A stretch of DNA of 64,000 nt from Camelus dromedarius (GCF_036321535.1 NC_087437.1:113338001-113402000), one strand, 5' to 3'. Shown: positions 24,412-38,790, counted from the first letter of the stretch. Notes: generated from the letters alone by a model not told the origin. Numbers and translations are program-made.

Positions 24412-25849
24412 AGGGACTCAAATTCTCCATCACTTTTGATTCCACCTTCTTTCTCAGCCTTCTCCTCCAATCCATTGCTCCGACCTGCCAATCCTCCCTT
24501 TGTCAGATTCTCTCCCATCCAGGGCATTTATTCTTTAACTCTGTACAAGGTCACAACAGGTGATCCAGATGCTGGAGGACAATGCGCTCTTGGGGGCCGG
24601 CGTGCACTCACCCTGTGACAGAGGAGAGGGGCTGTTTGTAAGCCCTCTGCAGGACAGGATCACTTCCCTCTTGAGATCTGTGTAGCCTTGGGGCTTCGGA
24701 ATTTAAGAGAAAGCAGTGGTTTACTCTGTAATATTTAAAACAGCTGAAAAAAGAAGACCATGACCTGTATGGAATCTAGGGGGAAAAAAGGGGAAGCTGT
24801 CAGGAAGCGGCAGGGACAAGCGTCTCAGCACCCCGGGCTGTGCAGTCAGCGCTGTGTCGTCCCGTGATAAATGCCTCTCTGTGCGCTGGTCCGTGTTCAC
24901 CAAGCAACCTACTGATCCCTAGTTGCCCCCCCACCTCCCGCCAAGCACCTGGATGGCAGAAGAACGGTGCCTTGGATGCTAGCCCAGAGTGTCCCAGGAT
25001 GCTGCTGGGAAAGTCCATGGCTGAGATGGTTATTAGATATAAAACGGTACTCTGAGGGCTGGAGAGCAGATGTGATCCCGCTCACCATGGACAAAGCTCG
25101 CTGATGTGAACCCAAAGGCATCAGCCACCTGTCTGCTTGGGCACAGTGTCGCCCTCATGGTGATAATGCTCTTGGTGCACAGACTGCATTTGGTCCTGAT
25201 TCCTCACAATATCCAAGGGTTTCCAAGCCTTGATCTGAACCAGAGTTGAATCCAAAGAGCTGAGCTTGGTATTAAAGCCACAGAATCAACAATCTGTCTC
25301 AGCTGCAAGTCCTGGGAGTCCCAGGTGGTCGCTAAAGCCACTGGCTTTGGGTCTTTGCCTGCCTTCACCCCCTCAGCATCCTCTTCCCCAGCCTGCTCGC
25401 CTTGCCCATGAGTGCAGCTTCCTCGGCAACTCAGAGGGCTCCTCAAACCCGCTGCGCCCGAGGCTGGTCCTCAGCTGGGAGGGAGCCCATGGGATGGGGC
25501 CTGCCTGGGGGCGGGGGCCGGGGCTGCCCATCACCTGTGATGTGGGAGAAGGACATGGTTGGCTGCCTTTGGAAACAAAAAGGTGCAATGCTATCCCTAC
25601 TGTACTTCAGACAGCGTGGGCTCCTCAGACTCATTCTGGGCCGGGATCTGCAGCGTGAGGGCTGAAGGCCATCGTGAGTGGAGGAGTTTCAGAAAAACAG
25701 CAGCAATGGAAGATGAAGGCCTGGAAAGGCAGGTGGGGTGGACACAGGAAGCCCGAGGCTGAGGGCTTTGGGTTTTACTCTGCAGGCGGAGAGGAGCCGT
25801 AGGTACAGGTGACCCCGCAGTGTGAGGAACAGGGGTTATCTAACTCGGT

Positions 25850-26190
25850 GTGTCTTACTGTTTCCCTTAGCTTGTTTTTTTCGTTTAATATGATCTCCTG
25901 GAAGCCATTCCACAGCAGTGTAGGAGTCCTCATTCACTTCTACGTTGTATGCCTGTGCCCCAGTTTATCCAACCAGTTTCTAACTTATTCAACCAGTTCC
26001 CTATTCATGGGCATTTGGGTTGTTTCCAGCCTTTTGCTCTTAAAAACGATGCTTCTGGGAACGGCCTTGTACATACATCTCCTTTGCATTTTGTCAGTGT
26101 GTCTTTGGGAAAGAAAGAAGTGAGATTGCCAGATGAAAGGGCAAATGCACATATAAATTTGTTTGATGGTGTCAAATCCTCCTCTGCAGA
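25850..26190 (-). mobile_element. Ancient L1 (L1ME-like) fragment
   Basis: gggcatttgggttgtttccagc..ttttgct motif. Confidence 0.55.
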
Positions 26191-26267
26191 ATTAGACCAT
26201 CTGAATCCCACGTTTTTGTGTTTATCTTTCTTACGCTGTTAGGCCAGGAGCTCTATGTGTAACTTAT

Positions 26268-27153
26268 TGTAAAAGTGTCCCCTCCACCCCCCGCCGAGGT
26301 AGAAAAACAAAACAGCTCGTCTTCCCTCTTCCCCCTACACCCACCCACCCTGTGTCTCCCTGACTTTCACACAGAACATTTCACTTCTGACGTTTCCCGT
26401 CACCAAATGTATGGGTGACCAGACCCACACCAAGCACTTCCACGACACCGTCTGAGGGTCCTACGATTTTACTCAGTCCTGACACTATCTATGGGAGAGT
26501 GTCGGATCCCACAAGTTAAGGGTTCGGTCCCACAAGACTGCCCTCCCCGCCGCCTGCCCCCGCAGCTTCAGATGCTGACAGCCAGTCTGGCCTGTCACCT
26601 GTGCTTCTGACCTACAGGCTGTGAATCAGAGGTTCCCATGACCCCTTTCTCAGGTTCAATTAGCTTGTTAGAGCAGCTCACAGAACTCAGACCAGTTGAC
26701 TTATGCACTGACTTATTATAAAGGACACAGATGAGCATCCAGATGGAAGAGATGCGTCAGGCAAGGAAGTTAGGAAGGGGCGCAGAGACTCCGTGTCCTC
26801 TCCCGGCTCCTCCACGCGCTCGCCGACCCCGAAGCTCTCTGAGCCCCGTACTTCGAGGATTTTATGGAGGCTTCATCCTGTGGGCATGATTAACCATTAA
26901 CTCTGTTTTCAGCTTTTCTCCCTTCTGAAGAGAATGGGGGTGGGGTGGGGCTGAAAATCCCGAGCTTCTAACCATGGCTTGTTCTGTGTGGTGACCAGCC
27001 TCCATCCAGGGGCCCACCCAGAGCTGCCTCATCAGAACAAAAGACACTCCTGTCACCCCAGAAATTACAAGGTTTCAGGAGCTCTGAGCCAGGGACCAGG
27101 GGCAGAGACCAGTATGTGTATGTGTATATATATTTTTTTTTCTATTATCTCAC
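26268..27153 (+). mobile_element. MER21-like ERVL LTR
   Basis: gatcccacaagttaagggttcggtcccacaagactgccc, ggttcccatgacccc, ttttatggaggcttcatc, agaacaaaagacactcct; strand uncertain. Confidence 0.75.
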
Positions 27154-29654
27154 GTCCACTTAATAAAACAATTACATTGACAGACTAAGCTTTTAGTTCC
27201 CATTACAGGTTTTATTCAATGTGTCTGTGAAACAGAGTCTTTATCAGGCATGACAACAAGCCAATTAGGCACTGACAAAGGTGCCCTCATGCCGTATTTC
27301 CAGTATTACTGGCTGGCTGTTTCAGCATCATTAAAACTATCACACTTTGAAATTATTTACATGAAGAAAGTTCGTGCTGTCCACAGGAGTAAGGATGCCG
27401 GTGCTACCGTGTCCCCTGATGGCATCACACGTCCCTCAGGGCCCACAGGACAGGGAAACTCCATCTTGCTTGGACATTGAATTTCCTTCTGCATCCAGTC
27501 CCCTCTTTCATCACTCCCACTGGTCCAGCCAGGACTCTGGATCCTCTTTGCCTCATATCACCTCCAAAGAAAGCGGGCCACGGGCAGCCCCTGGAAACGT
27601 GGGAAGGGCTTCGATTCCATTTACCTGGGCGTGGTGGACGGATGCCAGCCTGTCTGATACAGGTAAGTGCGTCATAAATTCCTTGGGTTGACCCCCCATT
27701 TGGGGGAGTTCGGGCCCCATGATCTGGGGCTTTTGGTAGCAAGTCAAGGCTTCAAATTCCTCTGGCAGTTGATCACCTGCCAAAAACCCCTTTACAGGTG
27801 AACATGCCCTGAAAGGAGGGCTTACATACCTCAGATATCTGATCTGCCTTCCTAATGAGCCAGCAGCCTCTGTAAAGGGACGGGGCAGCAGTGGAAGAAA
27901 ACAAGAACCTTGACCTCTCAGAGCTTATGGATACAGGGGAGGGGTCAGGTGACCACTTCATTCAAAAGCTTCCCTGTAGAATAAATGCATTTCACAGGTC
28001 AGTTCTGGAACAAAACAAGAGGCACTGAAACCAGACCACTGTTGGCTTCAGGAAAGATTGAAGAGAAGGTCGAGCCCTTTTAAAGAAATAGGATGCACAT
28101 CAGCTGTGTAAATTTCACAGGAAGGGGATAGCAGCCAGCATGGCATTTGAATAAAGATGCCACCACTGATGTATTAAGAAGAAAGGGCATCAGAAAACTC
28201 CAGCATTTACAAATAAAGTTCAGACGGGATAGAAATCTGAATTTCTAACATCTTAAACAAATTACATATTATTTTTGAATTGGTAAAATAAATTTTAATA
28301 TTGAACATTTAAAATATAATAAATCGAATGTATAGGAATCAATAGTCAAAGAATAAAAAGTATTCAGAGAAATGGCTCACTCCCACCTTCACTCCCTCCC
28401 CTAGTAACTATATATTGTTCTTTTTCCTGCGTTGAGATGCCAGCCGGCCCTGGTGGGCAGTACCCACCACCTTTCTGGGAATGTGGGAAAGGAAAGAAGA
28501 GAAGGGCTTGGTGAACAGACACACCTTCCCAGCTCTGCCCAGGAGGCGGCACCTTTAATCTAGACTCCTTTCCACCTGAGAGGGCAAGCGGGGTCCCCCC
28601 AACTGCAGTGCAGGGCGGAGCCTCCAGGCAAAGCAGAGGGAGGCCCTAGGACTTGCTGGAGACACACCGTGGCAGATATAGATAAAAAGCTGCATCTTCT
28701 GCCCAGCTGCTTCAGGTCCACACTTGCTGAACAAGGTCCTAAGGGAAGAAGTTCAATTTAAGGAGGTTAGAAACCTTTGGTCTAAAAAAAGATTTAAACC
28801 ATCTGAACAAATAGAGCAATGCCCCAAATCCAACCGTCCCCAAGTCACCCCATTCCAGACAAATAGTTGATAGTCAAAGCCAACAGTTTTTGACTGAGCC
28901 CCCCAATTAGCACATAAAAAAATTTTTAAGCCTGGACGCTCAATATTTTAATTTATGTAAATACATTCATTAACTATGTTAATCACACATTTACCTATTT
29001 GTTTTATGCATAATTTTATTAGTTACAGAACGTTACACTACAAAATATACGTATGAGGCAGGTATTAAGAATGTTCATACTGAAAAATGTGTCCGTTATG
29101 TGCTTGTAGTTACCTCCTTCATCCCTGGAGTATAGACATCCTACTCCCATGGGGACCCGTGACGCGGGAGGTGGAGGTGCAGGCTCCCAGGCTGACGGCT
29201 CACCTGCTCAGACGTGCCTTCATCTTGTGTTCCAGATGTACAGGGAGTGGGGGGACGGGAGTGACATCGATTGACGGTCTATAATGGGTCAGCGCGCTAT
29301 CAACTCGTTTTAACCTAGACCCAGAGATTAGCGTCTCACCAGTCTGGGCATCTGAGGCTCCCAGGTGGGTGCCCTGCCTTGAAGCCACCACAGCCTGGGG
29401 CAGGGTGTGACCCTGATGCAGACCTCTTCCAGGGAGTCAGGAAGCTGAGGCCAGGGCTTGGAGTCCAGCTCAAGGGTATGCTAATTTATCTCCTTTTGTT
29501 TATTTTTCTGCTTGGAATTTCTTGAAAGCCCTGTTTTACTTCTTTTGCTTTTTGAATGTAGCCAGTTGGAGAGCAGTGTTCCTCCTTCTTTGTCCCCAGG
29601 GAATTTATTGTGCATTGTTCACAAATTGCTTTGTTTGGGTCATCTGTTCAGCCC

Positions 29655-29842
29655 GGGTCCTTCGTTCTTTGGAGTGGTGGGCTGTCTTGAGCCTTGGGGG
29701 ATGTTAGGCAGCCTCCCTGGTCTCAGCTCATCAGATCCCAGTGGTCCTCCCCCGAGCTGTGACAACCAAAGATGCCTCTGGATTTGGCCAAATGTACCCT
29801 TGGGGGGTGGGGGTGGGAACTGCCCTCAGTGGAGAAGTACTG
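29655..29842. mobile_element. MER20-like MITE
   Basis: ggatgttaggcagcctccctggtctc..gtgacaaccaaagatgcctc..gccaaatgtaccct. Confidence 0.7.
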
Positions 29843-30689
29843 GTGGAAAGTCAGAGCCCACGGTCAGGTGGCTCCCTTTCGGACACCCCTACCCCATTAC
29901 TCCTTGATGGGAAGCCCGGTGCAGCTGTCAGAGTCCTGCCCTTCAAGGCTGGAGCCACCACTTCCCAGGAAGCAGTTGTATTAAATCTGCAGAGTGATGG
30001 CCGGGGCCCTACCCTGGACCGCTGCCACATCCTCCTAGCCCACCTCCTGCCAGTGCTCTCTTCAGATGCACATCAGTTCACATCACCCCTCGGCGGAGCC
30101 TCAGTGCTCTTTGGATAAAGCCCGGACTTTCTGATGGGCTCATGGGGTCCTTCTACACTCAGGCTTTGCTGCCCCCCGGGACTCCCCAGCCTGCCTCCCT
30201 GTGCCCATCCACACTTTGGTCCAACCTCTCTGAGATGACTTTTTTTCCTGGCAGATTTCTTGCTCTGGGATTTTCTCATGCTTTTCCTCTGCCTGAACAT
30301 AATCTTTCACGTTTTTTGTTGTTTATTTATTATTATTACTATTACCAGCTAAACTTTTATTCTTTTTTCAGGTGGACCTTAGACATGACCACACCTCACT
30401 CTATACTTATCCAGCCCCAAGTCAGGGTCGAGCATCTCTCCTATGTGTCCCTAGCAGGCGGCCCTCTCCTAAGGGAACACTCGCTGCCCCTGTGTTGTCA
30501 TTGCTTGGCTGATTGTCTGAGACCTCCCAGGAGTGTGGTTCCATTAGGGCAAAGGTTATGTGGCCTTGTCACCAATGTGTCCCCAGCTCCAGCTCAGTGA
30601 TTGGCATACCACAGGTCCTAGGGCATATCTGTTCAATACACGCACACACTGTACAGTGCCTGGCACCAAGTGCACGCTTCCCAAATATT

Positions 30690-30930
30690 AGGAAGGGTTA
30701 AGTTCACAGATTCCGGAGCCAGGCTGTCTAGGTGCATCGCTGGGCCGTGCTGCTTTCCAGCTGGGTGCCCTTGGGTGAATTGCTTCCCCTCCCTAGTCCA
30801 GTCTCTTTGTCTTTTGCGTAGGATGGTAATAACAGTATTTACCTTAAAATTATAAGCTCCATGTATGAGTTCGTATATGCTATATGCTTAAAACAGTGCC
30901 TGGCAGACAGTCAGCACTAAATGAGAGTTT
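30690..30930 (+). mobile_element. MIR SINE
   Basis: ccttgggtgaattgctt..ggatggtaataacagtatttacc..tgcttaaaacagtgcctggca. Confidence 0.65.
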
Positions 30931-32674
30931 GTTGTTAGTTTCTGAACACTTAGTAGGACTCACCCACATGGAGGGGATAAGCGTTTTGATTTGAGGGAGA
31001 CGGTAGGTGACTGGGATGACGATGGAGAGAGAGGCAAGGTGGGTTCCGGAGTCCTCGCATCAGTGAAAGAGGAAACCAGGAGCCTGGAATTCTCAGGAAT
31101 AACATTAGGATCTCAGAGAGGTTCAGAAGGGCTGGGAGGATTCCAGAAACTCACTTACTTTATAAGAATTTATGGTCCATTAATTTTGGGTCCAGGAAAG
31201 AAGAATGAAACTGCTTCTCCCTTCTCTCCTCCCCCGGACTCACATGTGGAAGATTCTCTGGACCCCTAATCACCATTTATCACAAAACGCACATCTCAGG
31301 TTCCTCCCTTCTGGCTTGTCAACACAGTCATTAGAAAAGAGGGGGCTGCCAGTTATACAAAACCACAGCGGTTTCTTCTAACCAAGCATTTGGTTGAAGT
31401 GGAAAATTTAAATCTGTCTCAGGGGGAATTTCTAACTCTCCATATTTGCCTGAACTCTTTCTAAAAAAAATTGAAATAGAGTTTAATGTACAATATTACA
31501 AAACTTGAATTCTTCATCTGCGTTTTCAGTTTTGCATTCACAGGTCTGGAGCCATAGAGAGATAACATGGTGTGGTGTCAAGTCTGAGTTTTAGTGTTGA
31601 GAGGGGAAATGACTTCAAACTTTTGAACAAGGTTATCATAACTAAAGGAGAAGCCCAGAATAGGAACATTTTCTTGATTCTGGATCCTGTGTGCAACAGC
31701 TCACACTGACCTTTACTGATTATTTGAGCTCATGCAGTTGGGAATACAGTGGAAACAGCCAGACTGTTTGGAAGCTGTTGTGTTAATTTGGTTGTTGAAA
31801 CAATGACATCACGCAGGCCGGTGGGCAGGCAGACAGCAAATATTTGCCTGACACCTGTACTAGGTACCTGGGACAAGGCGAGGGTGATGGTGGCCTTTTG
31901 TAGGGTCACCTGTGCTGTCTGAGAGACTCGGATTGGACCACTGGCTCTCCGGAGTTATTTGATACCCTGAATCTCAGTCTGTTCATCTTTAAAATGGGCT
32001 TTGTAATTTCAGCTGCCCCATAGAGCTCTGTAAGGGTGGACTGAGAATGCCCATGTGCAGTTTAGCACCTTAAGGTATCAGCGATTAAAGTTGCTGCCTC
32101 TGTTTTGTTCCTGAGCAGATGGAAGCATGTATCAGGGGAGAGGATTGATTAGCAAAAGCCCCCTAAGGACCGTGTTTGATTTTGGAACAATAGCTCTCTC
32201 AGGGTATAGGCAGATTGGGTGGGGAGTGAAACAAAGATGGCTAAATTGCTTTGTATAAGAGATTAACAGGGATTTGGGGGTTGAGCGGGAGTAAGCGAAG
32301 AGGGAGAATTCGGGACGAGGTGGAGAGAGAGTGCGGGAGCCCCAGCATAATTCTTTCACTTTCAAAAATGTCCAAGTTTGGGCTATAAATTATGTCCTAA
32401 TTAGGCCAACTTCCTCTGTGAAGTGGTATGTTGGAAAAACCAAGCAAAAGACGCTGGGCTCTCCTGGGAGATGAGGAGGAGAGGGGGGAGCAGCAGGTAG
32501 AGATGGGGTGGGGGTGGGGCAGGCACAGGCGCTCAGAGCCAAAGGGAACCGCGTGAGACGGGGTGGAGGTGGTGGGGGGTGCTGGGCTGCCCTTGTGCTC
32601 AGGATGGGGCTTCTGGACCCCAATCTCCTTGGGGAGAGTTGGAAGACAGGGGGTACTCATAAAACTAGCATACA

Positions 32675-33015
32675 AGTTGTATTTACAGCACTTCTAGGTA
32701 AATTAACATATACTGAAATACAAAAATTCTGTCAGCCCTGGAAAATCTCCTGTGCCCTTTGTTGGCAATTCCTGACCCCACTCCCTGCCTCTAGCCAACT
32801 ACTAATCTATTTTCTGTCTGTTTTTGGCTTGGAAATAGTGTCGTATATATGAAATCATGTAGCCTTTTTAGTCTGGCTTCTTCCAATTTTCATTATGCAT
32901 TTGAGATTCACCCATGTTGTTGTACATTTCAATAGCTTATGCCTTTTTATTACTGAAAGTGTTGCATTACTCTTCATCTATTCCCCGGTTCAAGGACATT
33001 TAGATTGTTTTCATT
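32675..33015 (-). mobile_element. Ancient L1 fragment
   Basis: ttgagattcacccatgttgttg, ggacatttagattgttttca. Confidence 0.6.
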
Positions 33016-33147
33016 ATCTGTATAATTTTGACAAATCAGTACACCTGTGTAACTCACACCCCTCTTGCTGCGAAGCCAACAATAGGAATATTTTAAGACA
33101 GACGTACAGGTTTCATTTAAAATACCACTGCGAAACAAATTCTAGTT

Positions 33148-33690
33148 CAAGTGTTCTTAATCGTTTCTGAACTATGGATATCTTTGCTGGTCCGGTGAAC
33201 TCTTCTCTGAATGTTTCTAATGTGTAAAATAAAATGCAGAGGATTAGAAAAGAAAGCCAATTACACTGAGATACAGTTATCAAATATTAAGAAGAAATGT
33301 GTGATTAACAAGAACTGTAAGAGGCAATGAAGTAATATATGTATTTCTTTATGAACACGTCAAATAAGATCCAGAGGCAGACCTAATAACTACTGAAATT
33401 TTGGCGTAGTAAGGAGCACATGTGACACTTTGAGGTAAGTCACGTCTGGAATAAGATATAAAAATATTCGTGATTTTAACTGGGGACATAGTCACAGACA
33501 TAATTATTACTATTTCCCCCTAATTCATAATTGAAAGAAATTACAAATTTCAATTTGAGTTTCGTGAAATTCATAATTGAAAGAACTGGTAAATTTCAAT
33601 TTGAGTTTCGTGAATACAAAAATAGGAATTTTCCCAAGGAACCTGCTGAATTCTATGCATGTATCCTTTGAGGACTTTGATTTTGGCGCC
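33148..33690. mobile_element. hAT-Charlie DNA transposon remnant (MER119/Charlie7-like)
   Basis: gttcttaa start; taaaataaaatgcagaggatta.aaaagaaagccaatta. Confidence 0.55.
33522..33613 (+). repeat. 46-bp tandem duplication (2 copies)
   Basis: aattcataattgaaagaa.....aaatttcaatttgagtttcgtga x2. Confidence 0.9.
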
Positions 33691-34365
33691 TGGTTATAAT
33701 TAGATCATCCGGCTCATTTTGTTGCTATTACATTTAAAAGAGGGGTGAGTAGCGCCTTTTTGCCGACTCCTATGTCCACACAGAAAATAGAGCCCCGGCT
33801 TTTTCTCTGCTGACTCACAGCTGTTGATTAGTGCGTAACCTGCCTATTTCAAGCAGCTATGTGATCCCTGGTCCTTTCTGTGACTTCAGAAACTGCTCAG
33901 CTTACTTACCGCAGTCTAACAATGATGCCTTCAAATCCCATGACAGAAACATGAACAAAGCCCCCGAAGTCCTCGGGGAGGTGAAACATCGAACTTTATC
34001 TCAATCTGGGAGACCTGCCACCTGAATTTATAGCCGTGTGCATATACTTAGAGTAAAAGCAGGGGGAAAAAAGGCAAGAAATTTAGCCAGGGGTAGAAAA
34101 ACACAACCTGTATTTTGTGGGCTCTGAGTTTCTATTGAAACATGAGCCAGTCTGACTCTGGGAAAATTCAACTTCCTGGTTTGAAGACAGGCTTATAAAA
34201 CAGCTTTCAAGTTTTACATATATCAAATGCTTCTGCCCTGCCCTAATAGGATTTCTTTTTCAGATGTAATGAATATAAGTGCACCAGAGACATACAGACC
34301 AGTAACGCTTTAAAAACCAATTAGGTTTATAAGGAGAAATAAATATATATATAAAAAATCTCCAG

Positions 34366-34452
34366 GGTCAGGGGTATAGCTCAGTTGCAGAGCATGTGCT
34401 TGGTTTGCATGAGGTCCTGGGTTCAATCCGCAGTGCCTCCGTTGAGGGAGGA
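34366..34452 (+). mobile_element. Camelid tRNA-derived SINE (short form)
   Basis: A and B boxes present; TSD-like aaaaaatctccag before and aaaaaagatctccag after. Confidence 0.85.
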
Positions 34453-36229
34453 AAAAAAGATCTCCAGATAAGTTTGCTTTGAAGTCTATCTTTTTCTCAC
34501 TGCAAAGAATCTAGGTTCCCCCCCCCCCCCCCTTGCTCCCATGTGCCTAAACTTCTTTTTGATCTACCAAGTTCCTCATTCACTCCTTCACTACAAAAAC
34601 CCATATAGTTCAAATATACCTTATTACATTGTCTGGGCAAAGGTCCCACCTAGGTTAACGTCAGAGAACTGTCAAAGATTCTTTACCTGAAACATAGCTT
34701 TCTCATTTGATCTTGAATACCTTCAATATTTTAATCGGTGCAAAGCCTTTATTGCTCAGATAGAGATAGGACTTACTGGGCAAATACTCCTTTGGGACGG
34801 TAACTCACTGACCCAAGTTCACATACATGTATACATGTTTGGAAGAGCAGTCTTTTCAAACCTGGGAAAGCATGAGACATTCCTGCACAATCTGTGGAAC
34901 AGACTCCAGGGCCCTGAGTCTGACCCACTGGGAAAATCCTTTCTGGAGACGGGGCCTGGGGGTCTTTCTTCCTGACCTATGTCTCCGTCATTCTGATGCA
35001 CAGCTGGGGTTGGACACCGCTGCCTAGAGGACTGAAGGGCTGATGAATGTGCCTTAACTTTGTGTGTCCACGGTTCATGGGTTCTGTTCACAGAGATGTC
35101 TTGCTTAGTCCTGAATAACCTTGCAAGAGCTGGGCAGGAATCACTTCCCAATAGAACAGGTAGGGAAACCAAGGACTGAAGGTGTTAGGAGACACGTCCA
35201 AAGGCATCCAGACACCAAGTGCAAGGAAAAGGGGGAAAGAAGGATTGGGTCTGCCCTTGGCTTGTTTTGAAATTTTGTTTAAAGGCCATCCTATATAATA
35301 ATAAATGTCATGAGTGTCATCTGTGAAATCAAGGACTTAAATATGAAAGCTTAAAAAGCTGGCTTTCATTTACTAATGTCGTCGGGAGCCTTCCAGATGG
35401 GGGCCACGCTGGATGTTAAGGGTGTGTTTCTTTTATTTTTCTTGGTGAAAGATGCTGTCTATGAATCAGCAGAGGAAGGGCTGGTCAATTATCTTGGATT
35501 CACTGAAAAGACAGGTGCAGGCAGGGCTGCCCTGGGTTACTGGGGAAGGGTAGAATTGGTTTGCTTTTGTTCTGAGGATTAAAGAAGAAGCTAGCCCACC
35601 CTAGGGGAGGCAGGGTGGTGCGGTGGTGCTGAACTGTGCCCCAAGCTCAGGCTCTCCGGGGACTAGCTTGGGTCCCAGGACGGGGCTGGGAGTGAAACCA
35701 GCCACATGGGGACTTGCTGAGAGCTGAGATGTGGGAACTCCCCCTGAGGAATTTGGAGTTTAAGACCAAGGGTGTCTCCCTTCCAAGCTTTAGCCCCTGG
35801 GGCTCTGTGGGGACCGAGATCAGGCCTCCCTGCAGAGGGGAGAAGGGCCCCTGGCTTGAGCATCAGGACTGAATGGAGGTGGGAAAAGCCAGAATAGTTT
35901 CTCACCCCTTTGGCATGAGGAAACTTCTGTGGTCCTTGGGCAGATCATATGAGGGGGAGAGGCCCAGGAGGAAGCTATCTGACTTCCTTTTAATGAGGCA
36001 AAAGAGTCTGTGGAAAGAAAAATGAGGTGGCTGCATTTCAATCTTGACTTTAGAGACAGCTCACAAGTGAGGTTCCTAGCTCACCTCCACCTGGGCCGGA
36101 ATGACAGAGGAACTTTGCTAGTTAAAACATATTTGATGGCTGGCTGACTGAGCAGGACATTTGCTCTCTAAGAAAAAGCACTGGCTGTGCAAACAATCCT
36201 AACACGTCCAGTCAGCTTGGATGGCCAGT

Positions 36230-36890
36230 CAGGTCCATTCAGTCAGAACAGCAACCATTCGCATGACTATCGAGAGACTCCAGTACGCTGGCGCTGTTCT
36301 AGGTGCTGACGAGACACCAGTGAACAAGGGGCAGGCTCCCTGCCCTCCTGGAGCTCCCTGTCTTGGGGGAGGCAGAAAACCAACACACAGAATAGAGCTG
36401 AGTAAGAGGATGGAGAGGGCAGAGTGGATGTTTTGCGCAGAACAATCAGGGGAGGTGGCCTTGAGGAGGTGACTTCAGCAAGGACCTAAAAGAAATCAGA
36501 ATGTGGCCCATGTGGAGACAGGGGTAGAGAGTTTCAGGCTGGGGGCCGGGTTTAGATTTGATGTGGGACAGTGATGGGGGACAGTGAGACAGGACATAGA
36601 TATCAGAGAGGGAGTGGGAGGCGATCCCTCCTATAGACCTTCAGGGCTGCTAGAAGATCTTGGATATAGCTCTCAGTATATGGTGAAGTCATTGGAGGGA
36701 TTTGAGGGGAGTGGGGTTATCCAGCTAACGTTTTTAAAGGATGACCCAAGTTGCCACGATTGAGAACCCACTTGAGGGACAAGTGTGGAGTCATGGAGAA
36801 GGGTTAGGATGCTACTGCAGTGGTCCAGGTGGGAGATGGAGGCAGCCTGGACCACCATGTGATAAAGGTGAATCCAATTCATTCTTTAGC
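36230..36890 (-). mobile_element. L2 fragment
   Basis: ctgttctaggtgctg..cagtgaacaag..ccctgccctcctggagct; ctactgcagtggtccaggtgggagatg. Confidence 0.7.
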
Positions 36891-37039
36891 TGACTTATAG
36901 ACAATACATTTCCATGGGGTTCATAAAACTAACAATCTTTGTTAACCCAAAAACACTGACTGTGAGAACTTTCCAAATAATAATAGTTCAGTGGTAATGT
37001 TCAAGGGTCATCACTCTGTGCCAGGCATCCTTCTAAGCA

Positions 37040-37698
37040 CAGTTGATTCTTGTTACTCATGTTGGTGCTATCAAGTTGCTGTGAACACTGAGTTAGCAAA
37101 TACTGAACCGTTGGCCCTAGGAGAAATACAGGGTCTCTGATCACAACTTTTTCATCAACTGGTCAACGTATAACTTTGTTTTATGTGTGTTTCTGTCTAA
37201 AGACACATTATTTAATATATATTGTTGATCCACTTACATTGGTCTCATGGCCAACAGCACTGGAACAGCTCCTGCCTGGAGGAATCTTGTTTCACACATG
37301 TGTTTTCTCCAGCTCATCTGTAGCCTTCTTGCATGTAGGAACACCAAACAGCATTTCAGCACTGCACTCGGAGGCCATTTTAAACAATGAAATCAACAAA
37401 AAGTGCAAAACACTTGGCACGGGACAGACTGTGAAAAGGAAACTTGTTTGCAGCAGAAGAGCTGAAGGAAGAAGGCAGAGCACAGCCTCATTAAACCTCA
37501 GGTGAGAACCTGTGCATTGGGCGACCCAAATTGTTTTTTTTTTACTGCTCTGTGCATGTCTGTGAATGACCACAAAAGCCCCATTGGAGTATTGATTTGG
37601 GGGTTACAAATACTTACAGTGTAAATGGGGTTGCGAATGTATACAAATGAAAAGATTTTTATCAAATATTTGAATCCTCAAATAATGAGAATTGACTA
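37040..37698. mobile_element. Tigger-family DNA transposon MITE (MER82-like)
   Basis: TIR-like ends CAGTTGATTCT / AGAATTGACTA; gaacactgagttagcaaatactgaacc. Confidence 0.7.
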
Positions 37699-38576
37699 TA
37701 CCTTATACCCACGGACTTACAACATCCCTGCTAGGGCAGAAGAGGAGTTCAGGGCACAGAGCGGGGCAAGTGACTTGCCCCAAGTTGTACAGCTAACAAG
37801 AAGGAAGTCACATTACATACAGATGTGAGTGCTCCCCAGACCTCCACCTGTTGCTCCTGATACGTTAAGAGTGCGCGTCACCATGGAGACCTCCACATCC
37901 CTTGGGGTTTTTAAAATTCCCCTGCTAAGAACACCTCTGGCATTGGGATCTTTCCAGAACCCCTTTTGATTGTTTTTAGGGCTGCAGTATAGGGCTTGAG
38001 AAAGGCACCAGTGTTTCCTGTGAGAAACAGATATTTAGGAAATTGCATTTTCTAAACCCTTATGTATCAATGGATGCCTAGGGCCATGAATGCTGGCTTT
38101 CTGTCAAGTGTTGAGGGATTAATATTTTAGACAAATGTCCTGTGTTATAGCAGGGTGAGGTCAATTGCAGTATCTGAGCAGTACAAAATAGGACAAGCCG
38201 TTACCTGAAGGAAATTAATAACATTGCTTGGTCATTGTGCAGCAGTTTCATAGCTTACAAAACACTTTACATATTATCACTTTCAATGTTCAGAAGGGTC
38301 CAGTGCAACTGGTGTATCACCCATGGCCAGGAAGCAGCAGAATTAGGATTTGAGCCTGGATTTCTAGATACAAATCTCATAATTTCTGCATTATCCTAAA
38401 AAGCTTCTCATCTGGACTCCTTAGTAAAATGCAGGAGATGATTTAAGGGGTGACAGTTCTCCCTAACACAGCATACCGCCCCCCGCCCCATCTACTGTTC
38501 CAAGCTTCTGGTGGAGTCAACATATGGGATTAAGGCATTTTCTATGGAGAAGCCTGTAGTTAGTGAGCTGGAGGGA

Positions 38577-38790
38577 GGCTGGGCTTCCTCTAACACAACG
38601 CTTGACATTGTGGGCTGGTTCACTCTTTGTTGTGGGGACTGTCCTGGGCTTTAGAGGAGGTTTAGACGCATCCCTGGCCTCTGCCCACTGGAAGCCAGCA
38701 GCTGCTCCAATCACGACAACCAAAAAACGTCTCCAGATGTTGCCAAACATCCCACGAGGGACAGACCTGTCTTCAGTTGAAAACCACCTT
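38577..38790. mobile_element. MER20 (hAT-Charlie) MITE
   Basis: ttgacattgtgggctgg..ctttgttgtggggactgtcctg..catccctggcctct..ccagatgttgccaaa..gttgaaaaccac. Confidence 0.8.
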
